Source: Kiritimatiellia bacterium (lineage in GTDB: Bacteria > Verrucomicrobiota > Kiritimatiellia > RFP12 > UBA1067). From it: DNA of 64,000 bases. Location: assembly GCA_045537795.1 (NCBI GenBank), contig JAZSQE010000033.1, forward strand, positions 17,469-81,468, in the 5' to 3' direction. The position numbers and the translations under genes are program-made. Below the pieces are notes generated by a model, which had not been told where the DNA came from, did not search any database, and was given only the letters and a program-made list of their open reading frames with translations. This document shows positions 59,290 through 64,000 of this stretch, piece by piece (position 1 is the stretch's first letter; every line of letters begins with the position of its first letter).

Positions 59290-59823
59290 ATGGAACTCAA
59301 AGGCAGCAAAACCGAAAAGAACCTCTGGTATGCATTCGCCGGAGAATCCCAAGCCCGCAACAAGTACGACTACTTCGCGTCCAAGGCGAAGAAGGAAGGC
59401 TTTGAACAGATAGCCGCCATCTTCCAGGAAACGGCTCTCAATGAAAAAGAGCACGCCAAGCTCTGGTTTAAGGCATTAAACGGCATCGGCGACACGCGCG
59501 AAAATCTCCTCGCGGCGGCAGCCGGCGAGCACGAAGAGTGGACCGACATGTACAAGCGCTTCTCCGAAGAGGCGAAGGAAGAAGGTTTCGACGAACTTGC
59601 TTTCCTCTTCGCGAAAGTCGCAGAAGTCGAAGCGAACCACGAGGCGCGCTACCGCAAGCTCGTCGAGAACATCGAAAAGGGCGAAGTCTGGACGCGCGTC
59701 GGCGAAAACCGTTGGCAGTGCCGCAACTGCGGCGCGATCATCGAAGGAGAATCCGCCCCCGAGAAGTGCCCCGTGTGCGCACATCCGAGAGCGTACTTCC
59801 AGCTCGAAGCCGACAACTTCTGA
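59290..59823 (+). CDS. rbr: Rubrerythrin
   Basis: [26 protein letters not shown]... is the diiron ferritin-like domain ([19 protein letters not shown]). The C-terminal rubredoxin-like part reads CRNCG...CPVC. Confidence 0.9.
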   Translation: MELKGSKTEKNLWYAFAGESQARNKYDYFASKAKKEGFEQIAAIFQETALNEKEHAKLWFKALNGIGDTRENLLAAAAGEHEEWTDMYKRFSEEAKEEGFDELAFLFAKVAEVEANHEARYRKLVENIEKGEVWTRVGENRWQCRNCGAIIEGESAPEKCPVCAHPRAYFQLEADNF

Positions 59824-59844
59824 TCATTTGCGCAGCGGCAAGAA

Positions 59845-59876
59845 AAGAAAGCGCCTCCGTCCGGAGGCGCTTTCTT
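59845..59876. terminator. Bidirectional intrinsic terminator between rbr and folE
   Basis: aagaaagcgcctccg (59845-59859) and cggaggcgctttctt (59862-59876) form a 15-bp perfect stem. It is flanked by an A-run upstream and TTCATTTT downstream. Confidence 0.7.
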
Positions 59877-60445
59877 CATTTTATGAGCGAGAGGAATTCC
59901 TGCCGCACTTTTTCGTCGGTTCTGAAAGACCCGAGAACGGCGCTCGTAGTCATGGAACTGTTCTGTTTCTCCACGCCGCGCATCATCATGCAGAGATGTT
60001 TCGCGTTGATGACGACGCCAACGCCTTCGGCCGACGTCTCCTTCATGATGGCGTCGGCGATCTCCTCGGTAAGACGCTCCTGTATCTGGAGACGGCGAGA
60101 ATACATGTCGACGATGCGCGCGAGCTTCGAAACCCCCAGAACCTTACCCTTCGAAATGTATCCGATGGCGCACTTTCCGTAAAACGGCAGCATGTGATGC
60201 TCGCAGAGCGAATAAAGCTCGATGTCTTTGAGAATCACCATGTGGTTCGTGCCGCTGGCGAAATACGCGCCGTTAACGACCTTCTTCACTTTCTGGCGGT
60301 AGCCGCGCGTCAGGAATGAAAACGCCTTGGCGACACGCATCGGCGTCTTGACGAGACCTTCGCGCGAAGGATCTTCTCCGAGCTCCACGAGCAGCTCCTT
60401 TACGAGCCGGGCGATCTTCTTTTCATCGGGCGTCTTCATCTTCAT
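59876..60445 (-). CDS. folE: GTP cyclohydrolase I
   Basis: ...[21 protein letters not shown]...LQIQERLT... is canonical FolE, 189 aa. Confidence 0.9.
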   Translation of the reverse strand: MKMKTPDEKKIARLVKELLVELGEDPSREGLVKTPMRVAKAFSFLTRGYRQKVKKVVNGAYFASGTNHMVILKDIELYSLCEHHMLPFYGKCAIGYISKGKVLGVSKLARIVDMYSRRLQIQERLTEEIADAIMKETSAEGVGVVINAKHLCMMMRGVEKQNSSMTTSAVLGSFRTDEKVRQEFLSLIK

Positions 60446-60460
60446 TTCTCCGTCGGCGCG

Positions 60461-61579
60461 TCAGTTGAACAGGAATTCGACGACGTCGCCGTCTTTCATT
60501 TCGTATTCCTTGCCTTCCGGCCTCAGCTTGCCCGCCGCACGGGCGCCCGCCACGCCGCCCGCCGCGACGTAATCGTCGTAGGCGATGACTTCGGCGCGGA
60601 TGAAACCTTTTTCGAAATCGGTGTGGATGACGCCCGCGCATTTCGGCGCCTTCCAGCCGCGCCTGAACGTCCACGCGCGCGCTTCCTTCGGCCCTGCCGT
60701 GAAATAGCTCGCGAGCCCCAACGTATGGTAAGCGAGGCGTATCGTCTTCTCGAGACTCGATTCGGAAAGACCGTAGCTCTCAAGAAATTCCTTCGCTTCA
60801 TCCTCGGAAAGCCCCGCGAGATCGGCTTCGATCTGCGCGCATACCGTCACGAGCTCCGCGCCCTGCGAAGCGGCGTATTGCCTCAATGCCGCGACGTGGG
60901 AGTTGCCCTCGCCCGTCACGTCGTCGTCCGCCACGTTGGCGCAGTAGATGACGGGCTTTTCTGTCAGGAAGTGGAGCTCCTTGATGACCTGGAGAATCGC
61001 ATCGCCCTCGCTCCTCGGGAACGAGCGCACGCTCCCGCCTTCTTCGAGATGCTTGAGAAGCGCGGCGCATGCCTCCGCCTCGGGTCTGAGCGGAGGCTTG
61101 GCCTGAGCCTCCTTCTTCACGCGTTCGTAGCGTCGCTGAAGCTGCTCCATGTCGGCGAGCACGAGCTCCGTCTCTATGACCTGCGCATCGCCCACAGGAT
61201 CGATGGGAGCCGACTTGTTGCCGCCTTCCTGCACATGGATGATGTCATCGTTCTCGAAACATCTGACGACATGGAGAATCGCGTCGCATTCGCGGATGTT
61301 GGCGAGAAACTTGTTACCGAGACCTTCGCCCTTCGAAGCGCCCTTGACGAGCCCGGCGATATCGGTAAAGTCTACCGTCGCGCGGACGATCTGCTGCGGC
61401 GAGACTATCTTCGCGAGCTCGTCGAGACGCGCGTCGGCGACTTCGACGACGGCGGAATTCGGCTCGATGGTGCAGAACGGATAATTCTCGGCCGCCGCCT
61501 GCTGGCGCTTGGTGAGCGCGTTGAAAAGAGTCGACTTGCCGACATTGGGCAGACCGACGATACCTACGGAAAGACTCAT
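60461..61579 (-). CDS. ychF: Redox-regulated ATPase YchF (Obg-like GTPase family)
   Basis: MSLSVGIVGLPNVGKSTLFNALT...FCTIEPN...DIAGLVKGASKGEGLGN... and the C-terminal TGS-like ...KDGDVVEFLFN. Start at ATG 61579 (ATGA overlap with the upstream stop). Confidence 0.9.
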   Translation of the reverse strand: MSLSVGIVGLPNVGKSTLFNALTKRQQAAAENYPFCTIEPNSAVVEVADARLDELAKIVSPQQIVRATVDFTDIAGLVKGASKGEGLGNKFLANIRECDAILHVVRCFENDDIIHVQEGGNKSAPIDPVGDAQVIETELVLADMEQLQRRYERVKKEAQAKPPLRPEAEACAALLKHLEEGGSVRSFPRSEGDAILQVIKELHFLTEKPVIYCANVADDDVTGEGNSHVAALRQYAASQGAELVTVCAQIEADLAGLSEDEAKEFLESYGLSESSLEKTIRLAYHTLGLASYFTAGPKEARAWTFRRGWKAPKCAGVIHTDFEKGFIRAEVIAYDDYVAAGGVAGARAAGKLRPEGKEYEMKDGDVVEFLFN

Positions 61580-62529
61580 TTCTTCTCCCCTTCGAATTTC
61601 CAATCAGGATAAAAGCTCCTGAGATTGTCTTTGTAGTATTTCGCGTCGACGACGCGGCCGTCCTTCAACGCTTCGACATAAAGGCCCTCAAGCGCCTTGA
61701 TGACCGCCGTGCGGATCTTGACGATCTGCGCGCTCTCGTCTTCGGCAACAAGCCGCTGCTCTTTGGCGAGAGCGCGTGTCTCTGCCGGAAGCTGCGGATC
61801 GTCTTCGGGACGGCGAGACTCTTCATCCTTTTTTTTCGCGGTTATTCCGCCCTTTTCGTCGAACACCTTGTCTTCGCCGCCTCCGACCCACGAGAGATCG
61901 GCTATCGTTTTCTCGGGCTTGAGCGCGCGCGCGCGCTCGTCGAGTTCCTGCTTAAATTCGAGAAGATCTCGCTCCCAAGTCTGAAAATCGATTTTCACAA
62001 GCTCCGCCATCTTCGCCTCGGCAATAATCTTCTCGCTTTTGAGTTTTTCCGCTGCGAGTCTGTCAGCCGCTTCCCGCGCCCTGAGGGCCGCCTCGTTTTC
62101 CTTGGCCTTCGCCTTGTCGCGCTCGGCCGCCGCCGCCGCTTCTTTCGCCTTGGCGGCTTCACGCCCGGCCTCTGCGGCCTTAAGCGATTTTTCCGCCGCC
62201 GCGGCCGCAGCCTCCTGAGCCTTTCGGTTCTCCTCTGCGGCAACCTTGTTTTTCGCCGCTTCTTCATTTGCGAACTTGACGGATTGAAGTGACGCCTTCT
62301 GCGCCTCTGCGTTCAGCTCCGCTTTTTTCAGTTCCGCCCGCGCTTTCCTCTCAAGAAGTTCATCCGACTTGCGTTTTTCAACCGCAGCATTCTCCTCGGC
62401 AAGCGCCTTGTCACGTTCAGCCTCGGCTTTCGCCTTCATGTCGGAGCTGTACCTAAAGGCAGCCGCAACACCGGCGAGAACCGCCGCCGAAAGCACAAGC
62501 AAACCGAGGTTTTTCTTTATAACGTTCAT
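61576..62529 (-). CDS. Membrane-anchored Ala/Lys/Glu-rich coiled-coil protein (hypothetical)
   Basis: N-terminal anchor MNVIKKNLGLLVLSAAVLAGVAAAF. About 170 aa of AEAK-type low-complexity coiled coil follow, then a globular C-terminal part. Confidence 0.55.
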   Translation of the reverse strand: MNVIKKNLGLLVLSAAVLAGVAAAFRYSSDMKAKAEAERDKALAEENAAVEKRKSDELLERKARAELKKAELNAEAQKASLQSVKFANEEAAKNKVAAEENRKAQEAAAAAAEKSLKAAEAGREAAKAKEAAAAAERDKAKAKENEAALRAREAADRLAAEKLKSEKIIAEAKMAELVKIDFQTWERDLLEFKQELDERARALKPEKTIADLSWVGGGEDKVFDEKGGITAKKKDEESRRPEDDPQLPAETRALAKEQRLVAEDESAQIVKIRTAVIKALEGLYVEALKDGRVVDAKYYKDNLRSFYPDWKFEGEKK

Positions 62530-62566
62530 GTCTGAAAGATAGATGTTTTAATGCGAGTTTCACGAT

Positions 62567-62575
62567 ATTATACCA
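62567..62575 (-). promoter_or_regulatory. Extended -10 element TGGTATAAT upstream of the coiled-coil/ychF/folE genes
   Basis: The minus strand reads ...ctttaTGGTATAATatcgtgaaactcgc..., 37 nt upstream of ATG 62529. Confidence 0.45.
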
Positions 62576-62645
62576 TAAAGACGGCAGAAACGGCGTTTTC
62601 ACGACATCGTTGCGAAAGCCGAAATCCCCTCCATGCCATGCTCGC

Positions 62646-63062
62646 TCAAGACGTAACGCCTGCGCCTTGAAGAAACGAAGCGGCCATGCCGGCGATAACG
62701 GAATATTCGAGAAACATACCGCTCATAGCCCAGCCGGCGACGACAAGAACTCCGACTGCGACACCTGTCAAAAAGCCGAATATGGAATCTGTCGGCTGCG
62801 ACAAGAGACCGTTCACGCATTTTTTTACGACCGCGCGCACAATACCGAACACGAGCAACGCCGCGACAAGAACGGCAAGCGCGCGAATCCAGATTACGTC
62901 GGTAAACGTCTGCGAACAGGGCCAGCCGAATCCGAAAGCCGCTCCCGCGGCGGCCAACGCCATAACAAAAGCGAGCGTCCCGGAAAATCCGCGGAAAAGC
63001 CCGGTAATCGCCGCGATTACGGTGAAAGCCGCCAACGCGTAATCTGAGGGCAGAAGATTCAT
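62646..63062 (-). CDS. cvpA: CvpA-family membrane protein
   Basis: MNLLPSDYALAAFTVIAAITGLFRGFSGTLAFVMALAAAG... Four TM helices, 138 aa, typical CvpA layout. Confidence 0.7.
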   Translation of the reverse strand: MNLLPSDYALAAFTVIAAITGLFRGFSGTLAFVMALAAAGAAFGFGWPCSQTFTDVIWIRALAVLVAALLVFGIVRAVVKKCVNGLLSQPTDSIFGFLTGVAVGVLVVAGWAMSGMFLEYSVIAGMAASFLQGAGVTS

Positions 63063-63063
63063 T

Positions 63064-64000
63064 TCACCTCTTTCTTGAAACAGGAATCGACTCGCGGTAA
63101 TTTTGGTACGCCGCGGCGATTTTCTGTTTTTCCTTCACGCCGGTGCGCCTCAAGGCGCGAATAAGGCCGTCGATCGCGTCGAGTTTCGACGGATCCGCCG
63201 CGAGGGCGCGGGAATAAATCGTGATCGCCTGCGCATAATACGAAAGGCTCATCGCGAGAGCACCCGCCTGAAGATGGGTCGATACGGCCGACGGACTCAA
63301 CTGGCAGGCGAGCTTGTAACTTTCAAACGCTTTCATCCTGCCCGGCTTCGACTTGTCGGACGCTTCATAAACCTTGGCCAAGCCAAGCGCGGCGGGATAA
63401 CTCAGCGGATCCGCCTTCAAAGCCGTCTCGTAGGCGATACGCGCCGTTTTGTAATATCCCTTTTTCATCGCGGCCTCTGCCTTTGCTATCGCCGCCGCGC
63501 TCGCCGCACTGTCGCGCTTCGACGCGCCAGGCCTGTCGGCGGCAGCGCGCGCGACAGCCTCCTGAAGTTCGGGGATATAGGTGCGCTGAACTTTCTGCAC
63601 TCGGGCATCGGCGATTTTCGCCAGCCTCACGTAAATGTTGAACTGCTCAAGAGCCGCCTCTTCGTAACCGAAGGCGTCGCGGTAGAGGAGACCAAGATGA
63701 TACCATGCCGAAGCGTTGCGCCTGTCGATTCTGATCGCGCGGAAAAAAGCTATGCGCGCAAGATCGTGTTCGCCGCGCGTCATCTCGACTATGCCGGCGC
63801 CGGAATAACCCTCGGACCTGACGGACGCGTCGAGCTTGCCGTCGTGGGCGATCGACTCGAACAGCCTCAGCGCGCGGTCGTAATCCTTCTGATGCCACGC
63901 GACCTGAGCGGTGAGCATTTTGACGTCCACGGCATCTTCATCGATGGCGTTCATCGCGCCTATCGTCTTGCCGGCCGCTTGAATTTCGCCCAACTCCACT
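63064..64000 (-). CDS. TPR-repeat protein (5' end outside window)
   Basis: The frame is open to the window edge. Repeated A..Y..A/L TPR-like units (AWYHLGLLYRDAFGYEEAALEQF; YYKTARIAYETALKADP; YYAQAITIYSRALAADP). Confidence 0.6.
   Translation of the reverse strand, partial: VELGEIQAAGKTIGAMNAIDEDAVDVKMLTAQVAWHQKDYDRALRLFESIAHDGKLDASVRSEGYSGAGIVEMTRGEHDLARIAFFRAIRIDRRNASAWYHLGLLYRDAFGYEEAALEQFNIYVRLAKIADARVQKVQRTYIPELQEAVARAAADRPGASKRDSAASAAAIAKAEAAMKKGYYKTARIAYETALKADPLSYPAALGLAKVYEASDKSKPGRMKAFESYKLACQLSPSAVSTHLQAGALAMSLSYYAQAITIYSRALAADPSKLDAIDGLIRALRRTGVKEKQKIAAAYQNYRESIPVSRKR

Noticed and set aside
62557-62564. parS-like half sites (GTTTCACG here; CGTGAAAC at 48178-48185)
   Set aside because: Only half of the TGTTNCACGTGAAACA palindrome is present at each place. 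The second half does not match. This is insufficient to call a ParB binding site.

Overview
64-kb chromosomal window from a high-GC Gram-negative bacterium. From gene content I infer an anaerobic, glycan-degrading member of the PVC superphylum (Lentisphaerota/Kiritimatiellota/Verrucomicrobiota-like). The clues are a prepilin-type GFTLVELLVVI protein, many glycoside hydrolases, rubrerythrin, an iron-sulfur flavoprotein, and LPS genes lpxB and waaA.

Layout:
(1) nt 1-8480 is a visibly AT-richer accessory block. It holds the 3' part of a giant secreted protein ending in a lipase/esterase-type alpha/beta-hydrolase module. Three paralogous signal-peptide proteins of no family I can name follow, each started by an ATGA stop/start overlap. 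The block also carries a decayed orphan copy of the hydrolase 3' end, a truncated EcoRI-like adenine methyltransferase, a YceK-like lipoprotein and an Isf-like flavoprotein.
(2) nt 8483-25806 is a 17-kb co-directional minus-strand glycan-degradation cluster. It contains two GH9, a GH63-like and a GH127-like enzyme, a beta-helix/PKD protein, a CBM9-like protein, a Tat-signal Gfo/Idh/MocA protein, and Tyr-phosphatase-like and PHP-like proteins.
(3) The remainder is mostly housekeeping:
- thiC with a clear TPP riboswitch, then an orphan 405-aa gene.
- A perfectly phased 13-bp x 9 tandem array sitting on the promoter of a VIT1/CCC1 gene.
- pdxS and a divergent MocR-type regulator, an OMP, a thioredoxin-fold protein and an acyl-ACP thioesterase.
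- lpxB, a neuD-like gene and waaA, then kdgK.
- An ABC-2 transporter with a Pro-rich repeat protein, then frr, pyrH and parB (no parA).
- gntP and glycerate kinase, priA, pgsA, valS and tRNA-Arg(UCU).
- A decayed regulator/lyase pair, rubrerythrin, folE, ychF and cvpA.

No rRNA, CRISPR array, transposase or integrase was seen.

Best candidate for something undescribed: the hydrolase-effector / triplicated partner / orphan-cassette locus at 1-7329. The 13-bp array with its neighbouring orphan gene (27373-28899) comes second.

All calls come from reading the sequence and ORF track by eye. No searches or computations were run.
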